From: an uncultured delta proteobacterium
Lineage (GTDB): Bacteria; Desulfobacterota; Syntrophorhabdia; Syntrophorhabdales; WCHB1-27
Assembly (NCBI GenBank): GCA_963810935.1
Contig: CAWEPK010000016.1
Coordinates: 1-64,000, forward strand
Length of the DNA: 64,000 bases
Direction of reading: 5' to 3'
How positions within the stretch are numbered: the stretch's first letter is position 1; every line of letters begins with the position of its first letter. A program made the translations under genes and the position numbers. Shown piece by piece: positions 30,022-40,260 of this stretch. The notes under the pieces are model-generated. The model was given only the letters and a program-made list of their open reading frames with translations, was not told where the DNA came from and ran no database searches.

Positions 30022-31884
30022 TTGAATGGACCGAATCAGGAGGGAAGATTGAACGAGTCCGGGCCGCCCAAAATTTTTAAATTACCGCCGCCGAACGACT
30101 TGTTGCCAAGGAGACTGTCGGTTGCCGCGACCGGCGCCGTCGAGAACGTATTGCGCTTGCGCCGGCTGGACAGGATCTACGGCCAGATCGGCAGCAAGGG
30201 CGAGGTCAAAAGCTTCATCGACGAAACACTGGAAAGACTGAAAATAAGGTACGACGTGTGCGAGGTCGATCTGTCCTCCGTGCCTGATACGGGCCCCCTC
30301 GTCGTTGTCGCAAACCACCCTTTCGGCGGGATAGAGGGGTTGATACTCATCTCCCTTCTGTCGCGCGTGCGCCCCGATGTTAAGATCATGGCAAATTATC
30401 TGCTCGGCAGGATACCCGAGCTGGCCGGCGTGCTGCTTCCCGTAGACCCCTTCGGGTCGCGGCATGCGGTGATTAAGAACATGGGGGCGCTCCGGGAGGC
30501 TTTCAGGTGGCTCGGGGAAGGCCATCTCCTTGCGGTCTTTCCGGCCGGCTCCGTATCCCATATCAACTTACGGCAGAGAAGGATCGTTGACCCGGAGTGG
30601 AACGCGGGGATCGCGAGGATCGTCCGGAGATCGCGCGCCCGGGTGGTGCCCGTATTCTTCGACGGCGCAAACAGTCTTTTCTTCCAGATAGCGGGCATGG
30701 TCCATCCGAAGCTCCGCACGGCCCTGCTCCCCCGCGAATTTTTGAATAAAGGCAAAAGGGTGATAAGCGTCCGGATAGGCAACGTCATTCCATCCAGGAA
30801 GAGCGAGGCGTTCGAGGACGACGAGAAGCTGATCGGCTATCTTCGCATGAGGACATACGTCCTAAAACACCGCTGCCCGGGGGCGGCGAACAGGAGGGAA
30901 GGCATGGCAGGCGAGAATCTGACTCTGATCGGCCCGCAGGGCGTACCTCGGAGCATTGAAGCGGGAAACATTTACCGGGAAGTGGAAAGCCTTCCATCCA
31001 GGCAACTGCTCACAGAGGCGGACGGGTTCGCGGTTTTGTTTGCAAAGGCAAACCAGATACCCAACCTACTGTTCGAGATCGGGCGCCTTCGTGAGGTCAC
31101 TTTCCGTAAGGCCGGGGAAGGCACGGGCAGAGAAGTCGACCTGAGCCGCTTCGACCTCTATTACACACATCTTTTCGTCTGGAACAGGCGAAAGAATGAA
31201 GTGGTCGGGGCCTACCGGCTGGGACAGGTAGACCTCATCCTCGACCGGTTTGGCAAAAAGGGCCTCTACACGAATACGCTCTTCGACCTCAAAGACGGCT
31301 TCCTGGAGCACGTCTCTCAAGGCATAGAGCTGGGCCGTTCGTTCGTGCGGGAGGAGTACCAGAGGCTCTATTCCCCGCTGCTTTTGCTATGGAAGGGCAT
31401 TGCCCTTTTCGTAGCGGCCAATCCCCGGTACAGCATGCTTTTCGGCCCGGTTACCATAAGCAGCGCCTATTCCGACCTTTCCAGACAGCTCATGGTCTCT
31501 TACATGACGCTCAATTATTATGCGCCCGAGCTGGCGCGGTTCATAGTGCCGAGGACGTCCCCCAGGGGCAGGTCCCTGAAGCGGCTGGGTCTTGAGGACT
31601 TCGCCCGCCTTCCCGCAGATATCGACGACCTTTCATCCCTCGTCGCAGACCTGGAGAACGACGGGAAAGGCGTGCCCGTGTTGCTCAAGCAGTACGTAAA
31701 GCTCGGGGGCAGGCTGATGGGCTTCAATATAGACCGCTCCTTCGGCAACGGGCTGGACGGCCTTGTCCTTGTCGACCTCATCAAGTGCGACCGCAGGGTC
31801 CTAGAACGCTACATGGGAAAAGATGGGGCGGCCGGCTTCTTCGCTTACCACGAGGAGGCGCAGAGGGAAGACCTCGCCTCCTGA
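30022..31884 (+). CDS. OlsF-like bifunctional acyltransferase (lysophospholipid acyltransferase + GNAT), probable ornithine/aminolipid synthase
   Basis: VVANHPFGGIEG, FPAG; EIGRLREVTFR.AGEGTG, ELGRSFV. Confidence 0.78.
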   Translation: MNGPNQEGRLNESGPPKIFKLPPPNDLLPRRLSVAATGAVENVLRLRRLDRIYGQIGSKGEVKSFIDETLERLKIRYDVCEVDLSSVPDTGPLVVVANHPFGGIEGLILISLLSRVRPDVKIMANYLLGRIPELAGVLLPVDPFGSRHAVIKNMGALREAFRWLGEGHLLAVFPAGSVSHINLRQRRIVDPEWNAGIARIVRRSRARVVPVFFDGANSLFFQIAGMVHPKLRTALLPREFLNKGKRVISVRIGNVIPSRKSEAFEDDEKLIGYLRMRTYVLKHRCPGAANRREGMAGENLTLIGPQGVPRSIEAGNIYREVESLPSRQLLTEADGFAVLFAKANQIPNLLFEIGRLREVTFRKAGEGTGREVDLSRFDLYYTHLFVWNRRKNEVVGAYRLGQVDLILDRFGKKGLYTNTLFDLKDGFLEHVSQGIELGRSFVREEYQRLYSPLLLLWKGIALFVAANPRYSMLFGPVTISSAYSDLSRQLMVSYMTLNYYAPELARFIVPRTSPRGRSLKRLGLEDFARLPADIDDLSSLVADLENDGKGVPVLLKQYVKLGGRLMGFNIDRSFGNGLDGLVLVDLIKCDRRVLERYMGKDGAAGFFAYHEEAQREDLAS

Positions 31885-31906
31885 AAGCCTTGAGCGACGG
31901 GTCCTT

Positions 31907-33220
31907 CTACAGGAGTTCCGCAGCGAGTGAAGCCAGCGGGCTCCTGATTGTTTTCATGAGCGTGATATGCCCGTAAAGGGGCTGGCCCTTAAGCCGCTCC
32001 ACCGTGTAGCTCAAGCCGTTGGAGCCTGCGTCCAGGTAGGTTGAGTCGATCTGGTGGATGTCGCCCGTGAGGACGATCTTGCTCCCCTCTCCTACACGGC
32101 TCAGCACAGTCTTTATCTCGTGGGGACTCAGGTTTTGCGACTCTTCGACGATGATCCAGGACCTGGCGAGACTCCTTCCCCTTATGTGGCCGATTGACTC
32201 GAGGCAAAGGACATCGGCCGTCATCAGGTATTCTATGGTCATCTTCTGGTTGTTCCGGGACAGCGGCGCAAAATTGTCGAAGACGGACTGCACCCACGGC
32301 AGCATCTTGTCTTCCTTGCTGCCTGGCAAAAAGCCGATGTCCTGCTTCCCCACGGGCACGACGGGCTTGGTGACGATGATCCTGGTGAAAAGGCCGTCTT
32401 CGAGGGTCTTGTGGAGACCGACCGCAAGGGCAAGGAGCGTCTTGCCGGTCCCTGCCTGGCCGACGAGCGAGACCGCCTGGATGGCGTTCTCCGTCAGAAG
32501 CTCTACGGCGAATTGCTGCTCTTTATTGCGCGCCTTCACGCCCCAGAACGCGGCCCCCGTGTGATCGACCTTGCGCAGCTTTTTGTTCCTGGCTATGGCG
32601 AGGCCGGAGGCGCCGTTTGGCGCAGTCAGGAGGGCGCACTGGTTTTCGAGCATCCCGCTGCCGCTGCTCCCGAGCGAATCGAGGCCCAGCTCGCCTGTCT
32701 GGTGCAGGCGGTCGAGGTCGGCAGGCGCTACAGTGAACGACGCCTGGCCGGAGTAAATGGCCGATGCGTCCACCCGGTCCGTCTTGTAATCCTCCGCCTT
32801 TATGCCAAGGGCAAGCGCCTTGACCCTTGCGTTTATATCTTTCGAGACGAAAACCGTGTTGCCGTTGCATCGCTGTTTGTAAAGCCAGGCGAGGGCGATG
32901 ATCTTATTGTCCGTGTGCTGCGCGCCGTTTTCCAGGACCAGGGGGAAGCACCCTTTTTCCGGCCCCTGCAGGGAGGCGGAGTCGAGCTTGAGCCTGTTCT
33001 CGCCGGGGATGGAGGGCTTGCCTGCCCCTTCAACTGCTTTGCCGAGGAAGCGGATCGCCTGCCTTGCGTTTTGTCCCGTATGGTCAAACCGTTTTTTGAG
33101 GCGGTCGAGCTCCTCCAGCGCTTCAAAGGGTATCACGACTTCGTTTTCTTCAAACCGGAACATGCTTTCAGGATCGTGAATGAGAACATTGGTGTCGAGG
33201 ATGTAAGTCTTCCTGGGCAT
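31907..33220 (-). CDS. PIN-PhoH (PhoH2/YlaK-like) protein
   Basis: YILDTNVLIHDP, SKDINARVKA, GQAGTGKT, GFLPG, IRGRS, LTGD..QID. Confidence 0.92.
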   Translation of the reverse strand: MPRKTYILDTNVLIHDPESMFRFEENEVVIPFEALEELDRLKKRFDHTGQNARQAIRFLGKAVEGAGKPSIPGENRLKLDSASLQGPEKGCFPLVLENGAQHTDNKIIALAWLYKQRCNGNTVFVSKDINARVKALALGIKAEDYKTDRVDASAIYSGQASFTVAPADLDRLHQTGELGLDSLGSSGSGMLENQCALLTAPNGASGLAIARNKKLRKVDHTGAAFWGVKARNKEQQFAVELLTENAIQAVSLVGQAGTGKTLLALAVGLHKTLEDGLFTRIIVTKPVVPVGKQDIGFLPGSKEDKMLPWVQSVFDNFAPLSRNNQKMTIEYLMTADVLCLESIGHIRGRSLARSWIIVEESQNLSPHEIKTVLSRVGEGSKIVLTGDIHQIDSTYLDAGSNGLSYTVERLKGQPLYGHITLMKTIRSPLASLAAELL

Positions 33221-33308
33221 ATTGTTATCTCCTGAAGAAATGCACACGAGGCTTGCGGACGTCCGGCTGGCGGGAAGTTTACGGTCACGGTTGTACCATA
33301 TCTCTTAG

Positions 33309-33351
33309 AAAATACTATTCGAATGTGAAATCAGAATTATCTTTATGTTAA
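33309..33351 (-). promoter_or_regulatory. Pho-box-like array plus -10 for the PhoH2 gene
   Basis: Minus strand TTAAC/ATAAT/TTCAC at 11-bp period, then TATTTT 10 nt later. Confidence 0.5.
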
Positions 33352-33440
33352 TAATAGGGAACCGGTACCTTGACGGCCCATCATTGCCCGGCTATCATTT
33401 GATATATGTCCGCATGCAAACCCCTGGAGATGGGCCGTTC

Positions 33441-34106
33441 ATGAAGAGCACGCTGAAGGACATAGCCGTTTGGATGTTGTTGTGGTTCTGCGGATGGGGC
33501 ATCTATTATCTTTTGCTCGCCCACGACGTAAACTACCTCACCTCGCCCCTCGTCTGTGCGCTTTATTTCTCTGCGGCGTCGCTGACGATCATCGTGTTCT
33601 ATAGAAACGTCTTCTTTTCCACAGCAAGGCTCGTCGGCCCTGCATCATGGTTTATGGCCGCCCTCTCCATCGCGGCGGCGCTGGCCGTTTATATACTGCT
33701 CCCTCTTTTCATCCCGGCCCCGGAGACGCTCATCCTCCGCAACCCGGACATGTTCTTTCTACGCCTGGATACGGCATACCTCTTTTCCAAACCTTTCGAG
33801 ATAGTTTTTCAGCAGGTGCTCATCTTCCTCCTCGCAGCGCACATGACGCGGCGCGGCCTCTCCCTGCCTGCAACATGCCTTATCTCCTGTCTCGTGTTCG
33901 GCGCCTCCCACCTTTACCTCATAGCCCACAACGGGTTGATGATGGGCGGCTACTTCACTATCTCGGCCGCCTGCGCGGGCCTGCTCTTCCCCTACCTGAT
34001 CCTCCGTCTTCAAAAAGGCCTCGTTTACACCTCGTCGATCCATCTTCTCTTCTACGTTTTCACCGGGGCATTGTGCCGCCTTTATCCGGCGGCCTTCATA
34101 GAATAG
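33441..34106 (+). CDS. Multi-pass membrane protein, CPBP/Abi-like
   Basis: About 7 TM segments; degenerate FEIVFQ, FGASH and IH motifs. Confidence 0.55.
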   Translation: MKSTLKDIAVWMLLWFCGWGIYYLLLAHDVNYLTSPLVCALYFSAASLTIIVFYRNVFFSTARLVGPASWFMAALSIAAALAVYILLPLFIPAPETLILRNPDMFFLRLDTAYLFSKPFEIVFQQVLIFLLAAHMTRRGLSLPATCLISCLVFGASHLYLIAHNGLMMGGYFTISAACAGLLFPYLILRLQKGLVYTSSIHLLFYVFTGALCRLYPAAFIE

Positions 34107-34113
34107 GCAAAAA

Positions 34114-34167
34114 TTAACGCAATTTTCACATGGCCTTCATGACACCTTAACAGGATTATCTTAAACT
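34114..34167 (+). promoter_or_regulatory. Pho-box-like array plus -10 for the response regulator
   Basis: TTAAC/TTCAC/TTCAT/TTAAC at 34114, 34125, 34136, 34147, then TAAACT 10 nt later. Confidence 0.7.
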
Positions 34168-34199
34168 CGATTATAACTTTCCGGATAAAGGGGCTGTTT

Positions 34200-34889
34200 T
34201 TGCAGACAGGCAAACATATCGCTGTAGTGGAGGACGACGTTGACATCATGGAGCTTGTCACCCTTCACCTCAAGAAGGAGCGCTTCAACGTAACGGGCTT
34301 CCTCAATGGGACGGGCTTCCTCAGGTCTCTGGAAGGGGCGCTCCCCGTGCTGGTGGTGCTCGACCTGATGCTGCCGGACGTGGACGGCTTCGAGATTTGC
34401 AGGCACCTCAGGACGAAGCCTGCGTACTCTTCTATCCCTATCATAATACTGACTGCCCGCACGTCCGAGACAGACCGCGTCCTCGGCCTTGAGCTTGGCG
34501 CGGACGACTACGTTATCAAGCCCTTCTCGCCCAGGGAGCTGACCGCGCGGGTCAAGGCGGTCCTGAGGCGAACGTCCAGGCGGGAGCCCGAAGCGAAGAC
34601 AATCGAAATCGACAGCCTCGTCAGCATCGACCCGCAGAAATACGAGGTGACGGTCGACGGCGAGAAAGTGGACCTGACCGTCACGGAGTTCCGCATCCTC
34701 CAGCTCCTCGCTTCCAACCGGGGCTGGGTCTTCTCCCGCGACAAGATACTTACCCATCTCTGGGGCACGGACAAGATGGTGCTCGACAGGACGATCGACG
34801 TGCACATCAAGCACCTCAGAGAAAAGATGGGTAAGGCCGCCCCTCTGATTAAGAACCTTCGGGGAATCGGATACAAGCTGGAAGCATAA
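34200..34889 (+). CDS. OmpR/PhoB-family response regulator (PhoB-like)
   Basis: LDLMLP, LELGADDY..KPFSPREL, RTIDVHIKHLREK, RGIGY. Confidence 0.9.
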   Translation: MQTGKHIAVVEDDVDIMELVTLHLKKERFNVTGFLNGTGFLRSLEGALPVLVVLDLMLPDVDGFEICRHLRTKPAYSSIPIIILTARTSETDRVLGLELGADDYVIKPFSPRELTARVKAVLRRTSRREPEAKTIEIDSLVSIDPQKYEVTVDGEKVDLTVTEFRILQLLASNRGWVFSRDKILTHLWGTDKMVLDRTIDVHIKHLREKMGKAAPLIKNLRGIGYKLEA

Positions 34890-34943
34890 AGGGACCGGGA
34901 TCGTTAAGCCTATGACTTAAACGGCCCGGGGCGTTGCGTCGAT

Positions 34944-35507
34944 TCACGGTTTTTCGGCCCTGGCGCGGACCCTTATACATAAGGCTGCAATCGCCACACA
35001 GAGGGCGATCATTAAGGTGCCGACGATAAGGCGTGCCGCGGTGTTCGAGATGATCGCGCCGAGTGCCGCCCCCAGAAAATAACCCCCCATGCCGAATATT
35101 GCGGCCCATGCAAGACCCGAGACCGCGTTCAACGCAACAAACGTGCAAACCGGCACGCCCGACATGCCGATGGCGAAAGGCGCGGCCATCCGCAGTCCGT
35201 AAAGGAAACGAAAGCCGATAATCGCAGGGACCCTGTACCTACCGACCAGCGCGAGAAAGCGGAGCGATTTCTTTTCGAGGGCGGGCCATACGTGTATAAT
35301 CGACCTGCCCTTGAAGCGGCCGAGGAGATAGAAGAACTGGTCGCCCGCAATTCCCCCCAGCCATGCAACGAGGATGACCAGGGGCAGGCTGAGCCAGCCG
35401 TGCCGGGATGCTATCCCGGCGGATATGAGGATGGTCTCCCCTTCGAGGACCGTGCCCGCGAAGACAGCCGTGTAGCCGAGGCCGGAGACGAGGTCCGGGC
35501 CGGACGT
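34944..35507 (-). CDS. DedA family membrane protein lacking a canonical start
   Basis: Open frame GYTAVFAGTVLEGET...GDQFFYLLGR...RFLYGLR; ACG sits at the start position after an AGGTG RBS. Confidence 0.75.
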   Translation of the reverse strand, partial: TSGPDLVSGLGYTAVFAGTVLEGETILISAGIASRHGWLSLPLVILVAWLGGIAGDQFFYLLGRFKGRSIIHVWPALEKKSLRFLALVGRYRVPAIIGFRFLYGLRMAAPFAIGMSGVPVCTFVALNAVSGLAWAAIFGMGGYFLGAALGAIISNTAARLIVGTLMIALCVAIAALCIRVRARAEKP

Positions 35508-35514
35508 ATGTCAC

Positions 35515-36573
35515 CTATATCCTGTCTTGCCTTACGTAGGGGGTGAGAAATGACTCGGTGACCTTGCTGCGCCCTGAAGCGATGAACAGGGCGGCAGCCA
35601 GGACCTGGAGGGCGAGGATGGGCGCCGGGTCCCAGAGCCGCCCGATCCCGGCAGCGATATCGGGCGTCACTCCTGTCTCCACGGGGAAGACCGCCCATAT
35701 CAAGAGGGCATAGGGGACAGTGAAGGCGGCCATAACCTGGTAGGCCGTGACGCGCCCTCCACCCCTGTAATCCGCCCGCAGCGTCTCGGAAACACAGCGC
35801 CATACCTGACTGAGGATGGTTGCAAGGAGAAAGGCAGCCCCGTAAAGGGCATTGAGGAACAGGTAAGCTGCGGCAAGGCCGCAAACGACGAGGAAGACCG
35901 AGGTGATCGCCTGGATGGGCACGACCCGTGTCCCGTCCAGGCCCGCCTCATACGATATCTTCTTTGTCCGGCCGCTGAATATGAAGCTGTGCCTGTCGAA
36001 TAATTTCCTGAGCACGGGGTGGAGTTGCGAGACGGGCTTGCCGTAACAGCAGCCGAAGCTGATGCAGGAGAGCCTCCCCAGGCCCTCAGCCAGCATATAG
36101 GCGGCGCTCGTGGCTGCAAGGACCGGCATGACAGGTATAGGAAGGCCCGCGCCGGTCCCGGCAATGCCGTTCGCGGCCGAAATGAGCCACGGCGCCGTCA
36201 GGAAGCCGGCGAAAAACGCGCCGCCTATTGTGGAGGTGTGCGCTTTCTTCTCAACCACCCGCGCGATTATCCGCGAGGACCCGAAACAGATGAGGCTGCC
36301 CGCTGTAACGAGGCAGCCTGCGACCAGGGCAGGCACCGAGATATCGAGTGCGCCGATCAGCACGTACGCCAGCGAGCCGCTCACCAGCATTGCAAACGCC
36401 TGGAAGGCCCCGTAGTACGTGTAGTTCGTGCTCCTCCACGCGCCCGAGTCGAGCTTGGCGGCAGGCGCGGCGAAGGCGATCTGCCACTCTTCCTCCGGAA
36501 GCCTGCGGGACCCCCAGCCGATCACGAGAAAGCAAAAAGCGCCAAGGGCAAGTATGAACATCTCGTTCTGCAC
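35515..36573 (-). CDS. Lgt-like (prolipoprotein diacylglyceryl transferase family) membrane protein
   Basis: GLGRLSCISFGCCYG, PIQ and WR..SE.LRAD correspond to Lgt motifs. Confidence 0.65.
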   Translation of the reverse strand: MQNEMFILALGAFCFLVIGWGSRRLPEEEWQIAFAAPAAKLDSGAWRSTNYTYYGAFQAFAMLVSGSLAYVLIGALDISVPALVAGCLVTAGSLICFGSSRIIARVVEKKAHTSTIGGAFFAGFLTAPWLISAANGIAGTGAGLPIPVMPVLAATSAAYMLAEGLGRLSCISFGCCYGKPVSQLHPVLRKLFDRHSFIFSGRTKKISYEAGLDGTRVVPIQAITSVFLVVCGLAAAYLFLNALYGAAFLLATILSQVWRCVSETLRADYRGGGRVTAYQVMAAFTVPYALLIWAVFPVETGVTPDIAAGIGRLWDPAPILALQVLAAALFIASGRSKVTESFLTPYVRQDRI

Positions 36574-36590
36574 GGCATCTCTCCTTCTTC

Positions 36591-36693
36591 CGTCATTCCG
36601 GGCTTGACCCGGAATCCATTTTTTTGCCTTACCAACCTCTGGACCCCGGCTCCCGGATTAAAACGTTCCGGGACAAGTTTTGCCGGGGTGACG
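36591..36693. repeat. Palindromic intergenic REP/RPE-like element
   Basis: CGTCATTCCGGGCTTGACCCGGAATCCA...TGGACCCCGGC...GCCGGGGTGACG, nested hairpins. Confidence 0.7.
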
Positions 36694-36721
36694 ACCATAT
36701 AAATTTCGCGGTTCGCTCTAG

Positions 36722-37741
36722 TTAAACATCAACGGGCCTGCCCGTGTGGAGTGCGTACCCTATCGCGGATCTGACTTTCACGTCCGTTTCCAGAAGGGGC
36801 TTACCGAAGGCTGTGGTAAAGCGGCTTGACCCTGCCGCATGGCGCATGTTGCGGACGAGCTGAGCATCGAAGGCCATCCTTCCGGGCTGGAAGAGAAGCA
36901 CGTCCGTGCTGCTCCCCGGTGCGTAGACGCTCTTTGGGCAGCCCTTTTTCATGTGCATGCCCGGCTCGATCCGCCGCGGGTCGTCGTAGCGGTTCTCGCT
37001 GTATCTCTGCTCGACTTTGCCTATCATCAGCGCCGTCACTTCGACCATCGCTACAAGCCCCACCCGGGTACCGTCGGGCACATCCGTATCTATGACCGTC
37101 ACAACGCGGGTGTTCTTCGAATACGGCGTGACGACGGTTACGACCGCCTCCGGGTTGCACGAGTGGTAAGCGCCGGGCAGCTCGTAGATATCGACGGCCT
37201 TCCCGGAGACGGGCACATGGTTGTAGTGGTACCTGTCCGGCGTCAGGCGGAAGATCGCAAAATCGGCCCCCCGGAACGCCTCCACCCACGCGGGCTTCCC
37301 CAGCAGCTCGTCCGTGTCGAAGAACTTGCCTTTCAGGAAAAGCCCGGACGCCTCGCTCAGGGAGCCGACCAGCACGCGGGAATCGGCCGGCGAGACTACG
37401 GCGTCCTGCCGGTCAGGCATGGGCCGGCACTGCCAGTAGCGTATCTTTCGCTCGAAAAGCCTCTTGGGCGAGGAGAGGGCGCCGATGGGGTCGATGCACT
37501 CCGCCAGGTCGATGCCGCAGTGGTCGAGGAACCTGCCGATCCCTCCGATCCGCCGCGAAAGAAAAAGGTCGTAATTGAGAAAAGCGATCAGGGAAGATGC
37601 TCTTCGGGACGTTAGGAGCCGGAAGAGAGAGGGGGCATCCTCCCTGACCCTTGAATACAGATAGGTAATCACACGGTCTAGATACAGCTTCTCCGTGCGG
37701 AGGATGAACGTGTCACGGTCGATATACTGGTGGCTCGTCAT
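36722..37741 (-). CDS. Phosphatidylserine decarboxylase family protein
   Basis: F.RK, VSPADS, RLTPDRYHYNHVP, and pyruvoyl-forming GSST. Confidence 0.85.
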   Translation of the reverse strand: MTSHQYIDRDTFILRTEKLYLDRVITYLYSRVREDAPSLFRLLTSRRASSLIAFLNYDLFLSRRIGGIGRFLDHCGIDLAECIDPIGALSSPKRLFERKIRYWQCRPMPDRQDAVVSPADSRVLVGSLSEASGLFLKGKFFDTDELLGKPAWVEAFRGADFAIFRLTPDRYHYNHVPVSGKAVDIYELPGAYHSCNPEAVVTVVTPYSKNTRVVTVIDTDVPDGTRVGLVAMVEVTALMIGKVEQRYSENRYDDPRRIEPGMHMKKGCPKSVYAPGSSTDVLLFQPGRMAFDAQLVRNMRHAAGSSRFTTAFGKPLLETDVKVRSAIGYALHTGRPVDV

Positions 37742-40153
37742 GTCCCCGTTTCTTTGAAGAAAACCTCAGGCTCGGGCACACGGGAAAGGTCCGCGCTTAT
37801 CGCGAGAAGGACCGTGCAGATAAGCCTCCTCAGGCTCGCTTGCCGGGATCGTCTCCGTCATTACGGCCTCGCGAACGCTTCTGACGTAGTCGAGGGCCTC
37901 ACCGGACACAAGCCCGTAAAGGAGCCTCCCCACCGTGGCGTTATGGGGGGACGAAGGTGAGGTAAGGAGCGACAGGTCTTCTTCCATGATATCGAGCGCC
38001 TCAGCCAGGTGGCGCAAGCGCAGGGGGTTGCGGTAGAACTCCTCCGCCGCGCCGTTGAATGCCTCGCTGCTCACATCGAGGGGCGAGCGGGCCCCTAGCG
38101 TCCCGAGGACCTCCTTCGTGAGTGCGGCTGCCGCCTGCCGGCCGGGCGCGCCTTCGAGCCTCTCTTTCAGGTCTTCCATCGTCTCGCCCATGCCGAAGAG
38201 GTCTATCAAATCGGCCGCCTCGCTTTCCAGGCGGCGCACGAGGGCCCGGCAATATTCCGTATTGTAGACTCTGAGATATCCGGGATACCTGTGACTCGCC
38301 CGCACCTGGTCGCACCGCTCAAGGACGCCTTTCATGAAGCGGTTCTCCGTGTCTTTCCTCACGAAGAACGTCGGGACGCCGATGGCCGCGCCGAAGAAAA
38401 TCTGCCTGCGCTCGCTCTCCACGAAGGGGCTGTCGGGAATGTCCTCCGCTTCGATGGTCCCATTCGTAATCGATTTGAAGGCATAAGCGATCAAAAGGTT
38501 CTGAAGGTCCACGGCCGCGGCCATATCGTTTTTGATGCTCGGGAAGAGGCTGTAATAACGCCCCTCGAAGCCGCAAAAGCCTACCCTGTCGAATTCCCTG
38601 AGCTTGAGCGGCAGGTAAAGGGACATGCGCGTGTCGAATACGCCCAGGTCGGCGAGGTCCTTCTTGAGGTGCTCGCTGTTGCCCGGCGTCCCGTTAAGCG
38701 CCGCGCTTCTCTCCGTGCTAAGGAGGCTGACGAGGTAATCGATAAGGCGGAAGTCAGGCACGAAATCGCCGCTTAAGCCTGCTATCCTGCTGATTGCCCT
38801 GTCGAGCAGGGGCGGGCCGAGGGGCGTCACCGGATGTCCGCAGAACCTGATGTCGGCCTTCGCCTTCCAGCGCCGCCAGAGCATGCGCAGGTGCGTGTAG
38901 TCGAGCTCATGGGGCAGGAAGCCGAGGACGCGCTCGGGATGGAAGTCGGCGAAATCGAAGCGGTACGGCGCTGCGCTGTACGTCTTCACGAAAAGGGGGA
39001 GGAAATGCTCCATGATCTTGACGGCTAAATCGCCCGCCTGCTTCTCTTCGCGCAGCCCGAAGCCTGACGACGGGTCGTTGCGCAGACGCGTGAGGGCGTT
39101 GCTTCCCAGGCTCACGTGAGTGCCGTTGTTGGCGAGGCTGATGTCGGAGGTGCTCGGGAGGACCACCAGGTTGCTCGTGTTGATGCCCGCGTCGTGGAGC
39201 TTGGCAACAGCGTTGAGCCGGCTCCGGCTCAGGACCTCGTGACACAGGCTCATATATTCCTGTTTCGCCTCCCCCCTGTCCCATCCCGAAAGGCAGGGAC
39301 TCATGAAAAGCTCGCGATAGAACGAATCGGATATGCAGGCGGAGAGCCTCTTCTGGCGCACGGGGGGATGGGGAGAAAAATAGATCATGGCCTTCTGGCC
39401 GCTCGATGCAAGCTCCAGCTTCTCATTCGCGTACATTACGAGGAGCTGGGTGAGGAGGAAGCGCTTGGCCGTCTCGCGCGCAAGCTCCCTGCCAGGCCCC
39501 CTGCCGGGAGCACCATGGACGATATAGAAGGAATGGGTCTCGGGAGACGTGTTATCGCTCACGAAATGGTCGAGGAGCTGCACGCCGGTTCGGCGGACGA
39601 TGGGGTGGACGTTGTCGCCGCCCACTGCGTCGGCGAGGGCAAGCTTTACGAGATAGCTGACGGGTACGCGAAGGTATTCGATGCCCTCTTTGACAAATGA
39701 GAATTTCCCGATGTCCGAACGTGGGCCGGCCTGCGGGTCCGCCTTATCGGCCGAAAGGTCGCCTTTTAGAACGTCGAGGGCAAAACGATTCAGGAGCACC
39801 TTGGGGAACCGCACCCAGCTATTCTCCCACACGTTCCGGCCGCCTTCGTTCAGGAACCGGACAAGCTCACCCCCCAGCTTGCGCGGCGCGTCTCCCGAGG
39901 CGGCCCGCCGCATTATGTTGGCGAGGTAGTTCGACTGCTCTATCATGAGCGGCAGGTCAACGTCGTTTTTCCTGCCGGCGACAACGGCCTGCAATTCCGT
40001 CTCGGCCCCTGCCGTCGTATCTTCCGGTGAAAAGAACACAACCCCCGGTCCGTCCTCCCATGCCGGCAGGGACAGGCCGTGTTCCTTCTCGACATGGAGC
40101 CGGGCCGGCCGCCTGATGAGAGTTATTCCGCGCAGTCCCCCTTTTTCCACCAC
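37738..40153 (-). CDS. Uncharacterised ~800-aa protein, possible GS/GCS-fold carboxylate-amine ligase; probable indel near 37833
   Basis: AAGGAGG RBS and GTG start; AGAETELQ, NGTHVSLG and FEGR motifs; the corrected frame ends in an ATGA overlap with the decarboxylase. Confidence 0.6.
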
Positions 40154-40260
40154 TTTCGCCTCCTTGGCGCGAGATGGATAAGTTAACCACCCCAATGTTA
40201 ACAGGCCGTGTGGCTTCCCGTGAATTTGCGGCGAAAAACAGTTTCGGCCGCGCTGCTGCT

